Assembly (NCBI GenBank): GCA_958009085.1
Contig: OY253668.1
Coordinates: 248,001 to 312,000, forward strand
Direction: 5' to 3'
Length of the DNA stretch: 64,000 bases
DNA from: Protoeuglena noctilucae
Taxonomy: Eukaryota
Part shown: piece after piece, positions 1 through 12,063 of the stretch
How positions within the stretch are numbered: the stretch's first letter is position 1
How the letters are laid out: every line of letters starts with the position of its first letter
Translations under genes and position numbers: made by a program
Notes under the pieces: generated by a model
The model's input: only the letters and a program-made list of their open reading frames with translations
What the model was told of the DNA's origin: nothing
Databases searched by the model: none

Positions 1-60
1 GCCACGGCCACACGCTTCCTGCACGCCATCGAGGTCCCGTGTCGCTGGGCCCCTCCGCAG

Positions 61-632
61 GTGGTTGACGTGTTCGCGGTTCACCTGGCGGCGTACAAGG
101 CTCTCTGCAATGCGAGCGGGCCGGGGCTGAAGACAAAGACGCTGCACTCGGAGGTCGTCTTCATGCTGTCGGGGGGCCGCCACATCGTCGAAGCGTACAG
201 GAACTTTGGGCCCAAGGACGACACGACGGCATTGTTGGGTGCGCTTGGGCGATGGGTGGTCGATCGTTGCGGAAGGTGCTATGCCGTGGCGTAGGTGGCA
301 CGTATGCGTGGGATGGAAGACGTGCTGTGACGCCGTGGACCTCCCCGCAGTGGGAATTTTCGATCCGAAAGACGGAGACGCGGAGAAGATTCAGAGCGCG
401 ATCGAGGGGCAGCCGGTGGACATCGAGGAGCTGGGGAAGTTGCAGAGGTGAGGGCGAGGGCGCATTGGCGTGCGTGTACCCAGCGACCACGCTGCGACGC
501 AAACCGCCACCTTGGCTTGTGACGCGCAGGATAAAGGATATCCACCGAGCATACAAGGTGCAGGGGCCGGAGCTAGTTTGTGACGACCTCGTCGGTGTGG
601 TTGCGTCTCGCATGGGGTCGGCGGAGGTGTAG
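61..632 (+). CDS. CGI121: KEOPS/EKC complex subunit CGI121/TPRKB homologue (5' end upstream of window; exons ~61-238, 351-447, 530-632)
   Basis: Spliced translation VVDVFAVHLAAYKAL...LKTKTLHSEVVFMLSGGRHIVEAYRNFG...DIHRAYKVQGPEL...LVGVVASRM matches the CGI-121 pattern (LxTRTLHSELVYNLS...ISEALKRFG). Introns are GT-AG; TAG at 630-632. Confidence 0.85.
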
Positions 633-688
633 TTTGTATGATTGCCAGCCAGCCTCGCTGCAGCGTCCTGCCAGCGACGCGCCCGCGT

Positions 689-714
689 AGTTCCTAGCAG
701 AAGTTCCTAGCAGA
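689..714. repeat. Short tandem duplication (agttcctagcaga x2) between convergent 3' ends
   Basis: Seen directly: agttcctagcaga-agttcctagcaga. Confidence 0.7.
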
Positions 715-800
715 ACTGCCAGTTAAAGTAGTTGGGCAAGCGCGCGTGCCACCTGGAGTGTGTGTGGAGAGTACGGCTGGGAGAGTACTAACGGCCTAGT

Positions 801-2456
801 TTAAGAGAGCCACTTGCGAGCGGTGGTCTGGACGAAGTGGACGACGTGGTCCGTGGCCCGTGCGAGCGCGACGCAGCCCCCCACCACGGCGCACAGGCGG
901 ACAAGGAAGTGGAGGAGGCCGACGCCGCCCGCGTGGTCGATTCCCACGGCGATGGGGTAGAAGTCGTACTCGAAGATGATGCAGGGAAGGCGAGGGGTCT
1001 GCAGGCACAGGGAGGCGGGCGCTGAATGGGGCTCGCCTGACAGAGCCTCATGCCGAGAGTGGCGCCCATCGAGCATCACCCATTCACCTTGGACATGGGG
1101 ACAAAGTACTCTTGCACGCTGTACTGCGTCCCCTCACGGCGGTTGCCAAGCACCCCGTGGTACTTGACCGGCACGACCTGAATGAAATACTCGTACGACC
1201 CAGGCACCGTGGCAATGTTGCGCACGCCCTCGAGCGCCTGGGCCTCCCACCCGGGCACCTGCTGCCCGAACCGCAGCTTGTTGATGGTGTGCGAGACGTC
1301 TGACTTGGCAACGACGTCCCCCGTTCGCTGCAAGACCTCGCCGGGGTGCAGCCCCGCTGTCAGCTCTAGCGCCCCCGTCAGCCGCGGGGCGGACACCTCC
1401 CTGCACAGGGGGCTGGGCGGTAGTGCGTGACTGGCTGGCGCAAACCGAGGGCAGCAGGGCGCCCTCGAACGAGCCTTTGCCAGGTGTGCGGGCAAGCGAC
1501 ACCGTTCCATGCTGCTCCGTGGCCCGGGCAGTGCGGCCTCTCACCCGTAGATGCGGCAGCCCTCCTGGCTCCTTGCCTCCTCCGCGATCGACGCAAATTC
1601 GTCGCTGAGGTCCTTCATGATGGCCTGCTCCGACGGCATCACCTTGCGTGCCTGCTCCAGCTGCCACAGCCTCTGCAGTCATTGGCGAGCACCAGCGCGT
1701 CGCACCAAGCGCAGGGTATTTTGTTGAAAGGCTGCCGCACTGTCAGCGAGGCGCATCTTCGCCTCCGGCTCCTGCCCGAGCGGCCAGCCGTGCTTGGACA
1801 GCCGCTGCTTGTGCAAGTGGTGCCCTACGGTGTCGATCGGGTTGCCCCCGCTCGCCTCCAGGAGCATCACGTTGATGATCGAGCAAGGCATTCGCGGCAT
1901 CGTGATGTCCAGCTGCAGGCGCATCTCTGCAGGCGCAGGCAGGGCGAAAAGCGTCGTGTGTAGAGAGGGAGGTCAGCCAGCGCTGCCCAGCGCGCCTCCT
2001 CCCGTCTCACCTTCTCTGTTTAGCACGTCCACCTCCATCGTATTCGTGGGCACCCTGCATGGCGCGACAGGAGGCAGCTACGATGCTCGTGAGTCTTTCA
2101 CAAGCAGCACGCGCCACCAGAGATGTGTGCGGCCCGAGCTCTGCGCACATAAACGTGCATTGCTCACATGTAGATGTAGCTGAGGATCTCATTTCCCGCC
2201 AGGATCACCGCCAGCACTCCAAACACGAGCGTGATGAGCCCTCCCGTGCCTGCAATCGCACAGGCATCAGTGCAGTGAGACATTGCAACATGAGTCGCAG
2301 ATCATCAGTCTCCACAGATGGGCGCAGTGCTGGGGTCCAGATTACGCTGCCCCGTCCGCGAGAGCAGGTGGCGGGACGCTCACTCGTCTGCTTGGCGAGG
2401 CCGCGCTCAAGGTGCCCGAAGGCACTCAAGCGCGTGAGAAACTTCAGCGTACTCAT
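801..2456 (-). CDS. ER-Golgi intermediate compartment protein (Erv41/Erv46, ERGIC2/3 family), multi-exon
   Basis: N-terminus MSTLKFLTRLSAF; LQLDITMPRMPCSIINV; DVSHTINKLRFG; YEYFIQVVPVKY; TQYSVQEY; PCIIFEYDFYPIAV; LLHFLVRLCAVVGG. These are hallmarks of the ERGIC_N/COPIIcoated_ERV family. Confidence 0.9.
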
Positions 2457-2878
2457 GGCGTGAGGCTAACACCAGCGCAGGGCCTCATCGGAGCAGCGCG
2501 AAGTCTGGAACGAGTGTGTCAGCTCAGCTCCGACGCCACCACGCTCACGGCAGCGTGGCCACGTCTGTGTAACCGCCCTGTCGTACGGTGGCTGTCGAGC
2601 GGCTCGGAGTCATGGATCTAGGGCACTGACAGCTGACAGCTAATTTGTCTGAGCGTCTGAGGACGTATCCGAGGCAGATTCCTGCCTCCTCGCCGACAGC
2701 ATCGCTCAATTAGCGGGGTGGCGAGGAGAGACGCTCTAATACGCCTGGTTCTTCAGGTTTCCTCGGGCTTCACTGTTCGTCGCCATCGTCAAGTGCCTCC
2801 TGGATTTGTCTCTCTGAGAGAAGCTGCTCCGCAGCGTTCGTGTCATGGGCGGCGTCGCTCGCGACAAGAGACGCGGCG

Positions 2879-3641
2879 ATGGAGCGTGACTCGCTCGGGG
2901 ACGGGCGGGGCTTGGGGACCCCGCCTGGGAACTTGTCGATGGAGCGGTGCCAGGCAATGCTACGGAGCGCTTCCGAAAAAGTGCAGGTATGTGAATGTTC
3001 CAAGATTCCTGGTTATCGCATCGCGCCATGCGTCGCGACGAAACCGTGTTGCTCTGCCGAACCGCAGGAAGGGCGCCCCAGGGAAGCGCTGGAGGCTCTC
3101 ATTCTCGTCATCCAGGGCCTGTATGGAAACCACGCAGTGCTTCCTATGTTGCATCATGCCAGGCAGAGGTTCACGGCGGACCTCACGGCCAGTCACGGTG
3201 CGGGAGCCGGTGGCGACGTGAATATGGATCAGATCACCGCCCTGCTTTCCCGCGTGTGCCTGACGATCAGGTGACGTGCCGAGATATCGCACCCCCCGCT
3301 GCGAGCGCGTCGTCCGCGAGCGCGCACGACAGGGCCCTCGCCCCGTGCTCTGCAGCAACGACGGGGCTGGCAGTGGAAGCCGTGAGAGCGAGGCGAACGC
3401 CTTGTCCGAGTCGGCACATCCCTCAGGGGGGGCCATACCACCGCAGCCATCCCCGCCGATGCCTCCTGGCACGCACGCGCAAGCGGAGCCACCCCAGATG
3501 CTGCTTGCGGAGCGTGGCCGCGAGGGCATCGTGCAAGCTGCCCTGGCGGACGGGTCGAGCTTTGTTTGCGTGCATTGCGGAGGGGTCTACGCCCTGACTA
3601 GGCAGGCCACGTATCACATGTGGTGCCCCGCTCCTCGATAA
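2879..3641 (+). CDS. Small plant-type C2HC zinc-finger protein (3 exons)
   Basis: C-terminal LLAERGREGIVQAALADGSSFVCVHCGGVY...HMWC resembles a conserved green-lineage motif (DGSSFxCxxCGGLV...H...WC). GT-AG introns at ~2987-3067 and ~3271-3355. Confidence 0.65.
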
Positions 3642-3769
3642 CTTGTGTTGTACGCTTGTCTCCGTCCGTTTCACATACATACATGAATTCCCAGCCAGTC
3701 TGCACGAGTTTGTGTTCCTACGCTTGCTTGGGCACATTCGAGTGGCATAGATGGCATGTGTCGAGTTAT

Positions 3770-5384
3770 TTACGAGTCCACAATCAACGACCCCGTGCCT
3801 AGCGCCTGCGCTGACTCAGCCCCGGCGCCTCTGGCGCTCCGCTCCTCCTCCGCCCTCCTCACCCACTCCACCACGAGCGGGTTGACGACATCCGGCGCCT
3901 CGTCTTGGGGGCAGTGCCCCACGCCAGGCAGGGGAACGAAGGCGCGCACGGACGGCTGCTTGGCCAGCTCCCGGCCCCACTCAATCTGCAGGCACAGTAC
4001 TGGTTGGATCTGTGCCCACGTGTGCCGCGAGTTGAGGTGTTGGCCTCACATGCGCTACCTCCATGCGCCCAGGCGCACTCGCCTTCTCCCAGGGGTCCTT
4101 CTCGCCCCACAGCATGACCACGGGCACCTCCTTGGGCACGCGCGCCAGCTGCTCCTCCGGCAGCGGCCCTCCCGAGTAAGAGATGAAGTCCAGGAAGACG
4201 CGGGGCGCGCCCTCCGTTAAGCCGGGCCGCAAGATGCAGTCCACGAGCTCGTCGGTGACGGTGGCCGGGTCGCCGTAGGCCTGCGTGAGGATGCGCTTCA
4301 CGGTGCCGGGCTGGGCGACGTTGCCGAAGAAGGCGGTCCCTGCCGGGGTCGCGTGGAGGAAGTCCTGGAACGCCGACACCAGCGGACGCGTCAGGGGATT
4401 CTGGCGCTGCGCGGGAGGCCAAAGGGGGGCGGTCCGCGTGGGTGGCAGGGTGCAGGCGGGGGCCAGCAGGGCAGGGAAGACGCCACTCGTGAATTGCCTG
4501 ACCCCGGCACAGCGCAAGAAGCTCCATACGAAGCGCGGCGGTCCACACCCACCTTGGCGTGCAGCATGCGGAGGCTGATGTCCAAAAGCATCACCAGGGG
4601 CACCTTCCCCGGGGCGCGGATGGCGGCATCGAGCCCCGCGAGCCCGCCCACGCTGTTGCACACCAGGGACGCCGGGCCTTGCACGACCTGGTCCAGGAAA
4701 TCCACCACCTGCCTGCCCCACGTCTCAAAGTTGTACAACGCATTCCTCGGCAGCTCCCTCGGGTCAGGCTTGTCCGAGTAGCCGTAGCCGAGGAGGTCGA
4801 TGGAAAAGACCCGGAAACCCTCCTTGGCAATCGCCGCCGTGTTCTTCCTGAGAGCAGGGGAGGGGTGTTGCATGCGTCGTCAGGCGCAGGGCGCTCATCC
4901 CAGAGACATTTCCCTGGACACTGAGGAATCGGCAGCCTAGCGGTGCCTCGGAGCATACACAAACGACCATCCCTTCTCACCTCCAGTGGTCGCAGTTGCC
5001 ACCAAACCCGTGGATGAGGAGGATGGCTGGCCCGTGGTCCCCAGCACGCTGGTATCGAATGCGATGCTGCCGGCCGTCCACACGCCACGTCCAGTACCCC
5101 TCCCGAGTTCCTTCCCATCTGCTCGGCGAAGGGCTGTCCGACAGTGAGGCAACTGGTCGCCGCAGGGCGGGCTGTGCATTTGCGCAGGGCCCCCGCCATC
5201 ACCTGCTGGGCAACTCTTCCACCTCCAGCGCCATTGCGCGAGAAACAAGCGTTCTTGTCCTTGCGTGCCACCCTCTGGCACTGATCGTCGCACCGGACGC
5301 GACGCGGGCGTGCTGAAGTGCTCGTGGCTGGTGTGCCACCCCCCACCCGCAGGCCCCCGTGCACCAGGCCGCGGTCGCAGCCAT
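3770..5384 (-). CDS. Plastid alpha/beta-fold hydrolase (pheophytinase-like clade), multi-exon
   Basis: Transit-peptide-like MAATAAW...; IRYQRAGDHGPAILLIHGFGGNCDHWR; IDLLGYGYSDKP; nucleophile elbow CNSVGG; LWGEKDPWE; GVGHCPQDEAP; TAA at 3770-3772. Confidence 0.9.
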
Positions 5385-5921
5385 GGTTTGAGGTCACAGT
5401 CTTTCGCTCGCAAGCCTCGGGAATGTAGTGCGCACAGCGAGTGTCAAACAAGCGTAGGGGAGCTCGCCCTGGCTGAGCCCTTTGGCGCGCAAAAGCACTG
5501 TTGGCACCTTCGCAGTCCTGGTGCTTAGATGGGTCAGCGGCTATGTCTGGCCAGAGCATCGCTCATCATGATAGGTTTTGCACACACGCAAGTCTTGCAG
5601 CACAGGGCCTGGCCATCTGTGGACGCGAATCGCCGCTGCTGTCAAAGCGCACGACGAACAGCTCCAAAAGCACCGCGCTGCTGAGGATCGCGCGCGGAGA
5701 TTTTTTCGTCCCGGTCGGTTTGGGCGCAGTCGCGCTTGCCGAGGCCCGATTCAGGACTGGAGCGCGATTTGAGAAGGACTTCGACAAGGTAACACGAGGA
5801 CGGCCTTGGACCTGTGGATACGTGTCGCAGTGGGCGGAGACGGGGCACACTTTTTAACGCCCGCCAGCGTGCTGGTCCGGGCGGATTTTACGACGATTCC
5901 TTCGCCGTTTTGGTCCCCAGG

Positions 5922-8634
5922 ATGCTATTTACTCTCCAGGGTTCGCTTGGGGCGTGCGGGTGCTTCGACCGCAGGCGGGCAGGGTGTTTGCGGGACCTTG
6001 GCGACCTGCTCATCCGCCGCCCGCGCTCGGGGAGCCGGAATGGCACGTCGCGGCGCCTCCGTGTTGTGGCACTATACACGGACGACAAGGGCCCGAAGCT
6101 GAGCGCCGAGGCAAAGGTGAGGAGCAACAACCGTACCCGACCCATTTGCTGAGCTGTCCCGCCATGCCGTGTCACGACTTCATCCCCCACTTCACCGCTG
6201 CAGCCCTCGGGGTCGGTGGCCGCGGCGTCCTTCCCGCCCGTGAAGCGCTGCCCGGTGTCGGATGCTGTGCTGCTGCAAGGCTTTGGGTGGGAGAGCTGGA
6301 AGCAGGGCGGAGGCAAGGGGTGGTGGGGACACCTGCAGGAGCTCGTGCCCGAGATGAAGGTGCGCTGCGAGCCGGATTCACATGCCTGCCAACGCAGGCC
6401 GTGGCGAGCCTCATGGGCACATGGGCGAGCCCCACTGAGACAGTCCCCTGGGCGCAGGCGGTGGGCGCGACGCACGTCTGGCTGCCTCCTCCCAGCCAAT
6501 CCGTGTCCCCCGAGGGGTACCTCCCAGGTCAGCTGTACAACCTCAACAGCAAGTACGGCAACCGGGAGCAGCTGCAGGCGCTGGTGCGGACCATTCGCGA
6601 GAACGGGATGCAGGCCATCGCGGACATCGTCATCAATCACAGGCGAGGTCATGCGACGTGCGGCTATGGTTGTTTTGTGAAGAGGCGGGGGCGGGGTGGC
6701 GCAGCGTTGCGTCCCCAGCGATGGGGCGTCCGCCGTTCGTGCCGCGCAGGTGTGCGGACAAGCAGGACGAGCGCGGCAATTGGAACATCTACAGCGACGA
6801 CGTGGATCACCTCGGCAACAAAATCAACTGGGGCAGGTGGGCCATCACCAGCGACGACCCGACCTTCCATGGAGTGGGCAACCCAGACACGGGCGATGAC
6901 TACGGGGCCGCCCCCGACCTGGACCACCTCAACCCGGACCTCCGGGCGGCCCTTAAGGACTGGCTCACCTGGCTGATGAGTGAGTGCCGCGTTCGGCTAG
7001 AACCCAGCGCCCTGCGCGCAGCTCATGGGCCTCCCTTTCATTGCAGTCGTGGGTAGTAGGGGTGGCCGCGGCGGTCGGGCGCTGCCCACGCTTGCCCCGA
7101 TGCCTCCCGCAGCGGATCTGGGCTTCACGGGGTGGCGCTTCGACTTCTCCCGGGGCTACGCGGCGCGCTTTACCAAGGAGTATGTTGAGGCGACCACGGG
7201 CAAGGACGCGTTTAACGTAGGGGAGTTTTGGACGGACCTCAAGTGGTGAGACCACTTGGGCATGGAGCTACTGGGGTCGGGGTGGCTTGGCTGGGTTGGC
7301 ATGAGCAGGGTGGAGTTGACGGCAACGGCCTGTTGGGGCGCGGGAGGACGGGACGTGAAGTTGCCCTGAAACACCCACCCCATCTGCAGGAACGGCTCAG
7401 AGCTGGACTTCGTGCAAGACGCGGCGCGGCAGAGTCTGTGCAACTGGTTGGACGGGTGCGAGAGCCACGCGTGCGCTTTCGACTTCCCGACCAAGGGCAT
7501 CCTGCAGGAGGCCGTGCGGCACACGTGAGCGGGGCGGCCTTGCCGGAAATAGATGGGCGAGGGTGTAGAGCGCGGTGCGAGTGGACGAGCAGCGAGCGAC
7601 TGGCGTTGTCTGACCTTCCGTCTGCTTTCTGCTCGCAGGCAGTACTGGCGGCTACGGGACAAGAGCGGCAAGCCCCCCGGCCTGATTGGATGGTGGCCTG
7701 GCCGGGCGGTCACCTTCATCGACAACCACGACACGGGGTCCACGCAGCGCCATTGGCCCTTCCCCGACGACTCCTTGGGAGAGGTGACGGCCGGCTTGTG
7801 GGGTGCTGTTTGAGCTTTGACTCCTGACCTGTGCAGTGTAGGAAACTGCGCTGTGGGAGTCGAGCTGAGCATGTATGTGCTGGTCGTGGTATGCTTGTGA
7901 CCCATGGACGGACCATCGCCAGCGTCGTTACCCGCGGGCGTCTCAGCGCCCCTTTATCGCCTCGCCCCAGGGCTACGCCTACATCCTCACGCACCCGGGC
8001 ATCCCCTGCCTGTTCTTCGACCACGTCGTGAACAACAAGGACCTCGCGGCCGTCATCAAGAAGCTCGTCGCCCTCCGCCGCGACGCCCACATTGACGCCA
8101 GGGCCAAAGTGGACATCCTCTGCGCCGACCAGGCGAGAGACTGCTATGAATGTACGAGATGCGTCGCGGGCGCGTTTGTTGCGGTCGCGTGCGACCCATG
8201 CCGCTCCAGGGACGCCGCATGCGTTGTGGCAAGGGACCGCATGGGGTCCCTCAGCAAGGGTGCCATTCGCACGACGACTGCGTTGGCGGTTCCAGTGACG
8301 TGCGCCTTCATCCCTTCTCGCCCCTTCCTGTTCCCAGGACATGTACGTGGCGCGTGTGACGGGCCGGCGTCGCCAGGTCATCTTAAAGATGGGCCCGCGC
8401 TTCGACATGGGCAGCCTGTACCCCAAGGGCTGGGACGCCGTCGTTTCTGGCAAGAACTTCGCCGTCTGGGCCAACGCGCCCATGGCCTTTGAGGAGACGC
8501 CGGAGGTGCCGGAGTCGGTGCAGCCGGGGCAAGCGCACATCCCGCCGGAGAAGCTGGCGGGCGGGGAGTACATGAGCGTGCCGACGGCGCACGTCCAGGA
8601 CCCCTCGGACTGGCGCCCGATTGAGCACTCGTAA
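5922..8634 (+). CDS. AMY: Alpha-amylase, plant-type GH13 (likely plastid-targeted; start uncertain, a further upstream exon near 5543-5788 is possible)
   Basis: [101 protein letters not shown]. Catalytic D/E/D motifs are intact. Confidence 0.95.
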
Positions 8635-8941
8635 GTGAGCGCCTGCGACGGGCGGTGGCTCCATGGCCAGCCGCGCGCGGCGTCCGTTTGCTGGGCAATG
8701 TCCGTTGGTCGAGTAGCGTAGCGAAGATATCGAGCGTTTGCGAGAAGGCACTGCGCTGTTGCTGGCCAGGCCGTGCCTCGTTGGCAAGCCCCTGTCATGC
8801 GCTGCTGTGCTGTGTCCCTTTCGCATCCTACTTCCAGTCAACAGTTCAACAGAAAGCCACACGGCAGCCTGCCTGTGTAGCTCAGCGCACAGCACAATCA
8901 GCGGCGCATGCGGGCGGGGGCTTCAGCGATGACTCAGCTGA

Positions 8942-9775
8942 TCAGGGGTCAATACCCATCCAGGTGCCAGTGGTGCCGTAGCCGGTGCCAGTCGTACCGT
9001 AGCCAGCACCGGTGGTGCCGTAGCTAGTGCCGGTCGTACCGTAGCCAACACCAGTGGTGCCGGCGCCAGTACCAACGGTGCCGGTCGTCCCGTAGCCGCT
9101 CGTGCCGCTCGCGCTGCCGGTCCCGTAGCCGCTGCTCGTCGTGGTGACGCTGTAGCTCTTGGACTGCGTGACGCTCTTCTGTGGCACAGGCAAAGCGAGG
9201 ACAAGTCAGCAGCCTTGGCGAGGGTGCACCTGCAAGCCGCTGCGATTGCCAGCCGCCGCATCCACTCACCGTGACGCTGACGGTCTTCTCCGCGCCGCAG
9301 CAGTTCTTGGACCCGCAGACGGGCTTGTACTTCAAGGTGCAGCCCTCGACGGGCACCCCGCTGAAGGTCGTCGGGCCCGTGATGTAGCTCCAGTCGTGGA
9401 GGACGTTGCCGCCGTGCATGATGGCCACGGCGACCGACGCCCCGGAGCACGAGGGCAGCTCGGGGACGATCTTAATCGTGGTCTTCTTGACGCTCACGGT
9501 CTTGGAGACCGTGACAGTCTTGGTGGTGACTACGGGGGAGCTGACGGCGACCACCTCCACGGCAGGCTGCGGGGGCGACATGCGATGCTTGCGGACCAGA
9601 GCGCGCGCGGGCGGGGAGGGGACGGCCCGATGCAGGCGGAACATGCGACGGCGGTGAGGATGCTCACCGCGGAGATCTTGGGGATGAGCCCGCAGCCCAG
9701 GACCGCGGAGCAGAGAGACGAGAGCGCCAGCACTGCCGCCGCAAGCGCCACGCGCGCCCTGCCGGACGAGGTCAT
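8942..9775 (-). CDS. Small predicted secreted Cys/Thr/Val-rich protein with C-terminal GYGTTGT repeats (3 exons)
   Basis: Signal-peptide-like RARVALAAAVLALSSLCSAVLG. GT-AG introns at ~9652-9567 and ~9269-9180 join the frames. Several Cys residues and a Gly/Thr/Tyr heptad tail; GC3-rich codons. Confidence 0.7.
8962..9100 (-). repeat. Imperfect 21-bp coding tandem repeat encoding (G/S)YGTTG(T/A/V)
   Basis: Forward-strand units such as gccagtggtgccgtagccggt / gccagtcgtaccgtagccagc / accggtggtgccgtagctagt / gccggtcgtaccgtagccaac. Confidence 0.8.
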
Positions 9776-10406
9776 CGTCACTGCGAAGATAAATCCCGAT
9801 AGCCTGTCACTAGATGAACGGTGGGCCCGGATGGCCCTCGGCAGCCCAGGGACCTGCCACCTCTCCGCGGCGCGTCCCCAGGGCGCGGACGGTGCTTATT
9901 TCCATGCCGATGGCCTAAATCTGGAAATTAAGCGCAATACCTCCGAGAAACGGCAGCGTACGCCCGCTCTACGCTCCCCGCGGCCCCCGAGAATTGCGGC
10001 CGCCTTGCCTGGGAAGATGATGAGATGCACCCGACCGGGCAGTGGCGCGATTGCTTGAGCGGGATGGACGGCGGGGCTGAGCGGCGGGACTGAGAGCCAG
10101 GACCCGCCTCGGCCTCGGATTATCGGGTTGGCCAGCACCCATGTCAGCCTGCCCCACATCTACGTGCAAGGAAGTCCGGCGCCGTGCGCCTCTGCAGCAG
10201 CTGCTACAATCCAGGAACGCTTCATCAGAGCGGAGGTCGCGGGGATCGGCACAACGCGGGCGCCGAGGAGACGCACACACTGGTGCAGGACTGGCATGCG
10301 GTCGAGCGGGCCACAACAGTCAAACCAGGCGTCGCGATCAGCGCACAGATGCCGTTTGGACCTTTGGGACCAGTGACTCTGACACCTCGCGCTCGGTGGA
10401 CCAGCC

Positions 10407-12027
10407 ATGCGCTCTCCCACGCCTCAGACGCTCCAGAGGGTCGCGGGGCCGTCGTCTTGCGCCCGACCCTGCCCACACGAGACACATATTGCTGCATGCC
10501 GCATTGGGAATGGCGCAGCAAGCCGCAGACACGCCCCTGGGGTGCTGTGCGATCGGGGGGACCCAGCCGCCCGCCTGGTCGCCGCTGTGCTCGCCACGGG
10601 CCTAATCCTGTCATCGCCAGCGCCCAAGCCCGCCTTTGCGAACTCCGGGGTGCCTCCTGGTGCGGGGACGGTGGTCGAGGGCCCGGCACGCGTGGTGGAT
10701 GGGGACACCCTGGTGGTCAGGTGCCGCGCCCGAGCCTCCGCGCGGCTGGCCGCAGGCGCGATTAGCGTACATGACGACGTAGAGGAGATGGGCCGAGCGA
10801 CGGGATCTAAGTCTGTGTGGTTGGGGCGGAGGACATCCAACATCCGCTCCCTTTGCCTCCTCTCACACATCACACACGCGCAGTGCACCCTTCTCCGCTC
10901 CCGTATCCTTCCTGATCGTTTGTTGGTCTTCACGGTCCCGCCCAGCGCCGGCCTTCGCCGCAGGAGCGCGGGTGGGGAGGTGCGCATCCGCATGCTGGGG
11001 ATCGACGCGCCCGAGTCGAAGCAGTTTTGCACGAACAAGGCGGGAAAGGAGTACCCCTGCGGACAGGTCTCCGCTGCTGCCCTGGCGCAGAGGTGAGGGC
11101 GGTGATGGGACTCGCACTGCGGCACTGCGCTTGGGGACTGCCAAGGCGTAGCAGCAGGTGGCACTGGCAAGACTAGCAAGATGACAGCATGCCCACGCGC
11201 CTTGCCACGGTCTCGCCCCCCTTCTTCGCGGCAGGGTGGGCGCTGGCCCCGTCAAGTGCACCGTCGGAGCGGGCGACCGCTATGGCCGATCTGTGGCCAA
11301 GTGCCTTTCGGCTTCCGGGGAGGACCTCAACGCTTACATGGTCAAGAGCGGGTACGCGGTGGCGTACGCTCGCTACTCGAAGGATTACGTGGCGCTGGAG
11401 CGGCAGGCGCAGGACAGGTGTGGACGGTGTTGGGATGGGGCAGAAAAGGGACCAGCAAGGGGTATTGGCGGCATACGTGAACCAGCTGGATTGAGGGTCT
11501 TAAGTAGCCTGCCATGAGGTTCGATGTTCATGAGCTCCCGACCCTGCAGGGGGCTTGGAATCTGGCAGGGCCAGTTTGAGCCACCAGAGTCGTACCGGCG
11601 GCGGCAGAGGGAAGCAGGCGGGGCGGGAGGGGCCGCTGCGGTGCCGGCGCCGCCGGTGCAAGTCGCCTCGAGTGCGGCAGCCGCGGCGGTCTCCGGCACT
11701 GCGGTGACTGGCGCGGCTGCTGGCGGGTCGGACGAGGCCCCGGGAAAGTACGGGTGCGCGATTAAGGGGAACATCACCCGGTCCGGAGATAAGCTCTATC
11801 ATCTGCCGGGCGACAAGAGCTACGCAGTCACAAAGGCGAGCTGCTGGACGCGCTTTGACGCGCCAGCCAGGCGCAGTGAGGTTCAAGGCACGCCCTCATC
11901 AGCGCCCCCAAAAGATAGAAAAGCTTCCTTCTCGCCCTTTTCGCAGATTGAGGAGAATAAGGGCGAGCGCTTCTTCTGTTCCGAGAGCGAGGCTGTCGCC
12001 GCTGGTTGGCGCCACGCCCAGGGCTGA
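10407..12027 (+). CDS. Staphylococcal nuclease (SNase/thermonuclease) family protein, bacterial ExoI-like architecture with C-terminal IKGNI...YH.PG...GER.FC domain (5 exons)
   Basis: VVDGDTLVV; IRMLGIDAPESKQFC...YPCG; DRYGRSVAKC; LNAYMVKSGYAVAY; GIWQGQFEPP; CAIKGNITRSGDKLYHLPG..SYAVTKIEENKGERFFCSESEAVAAGWR. Confidence 0.85.
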
Positions 12028-12063
12028 CCAGTCAGCCTGGGAGTCGACCAGAGCCTCGTTCAC

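Noticed and set aside
999..1036. Apparent GC donor (cag|gcgagc) in the ERGIC gene
   Set aside because: A canonical GT donor at ~1088 joins to the same acceptor in frame, so it was not counted as GC-AG.
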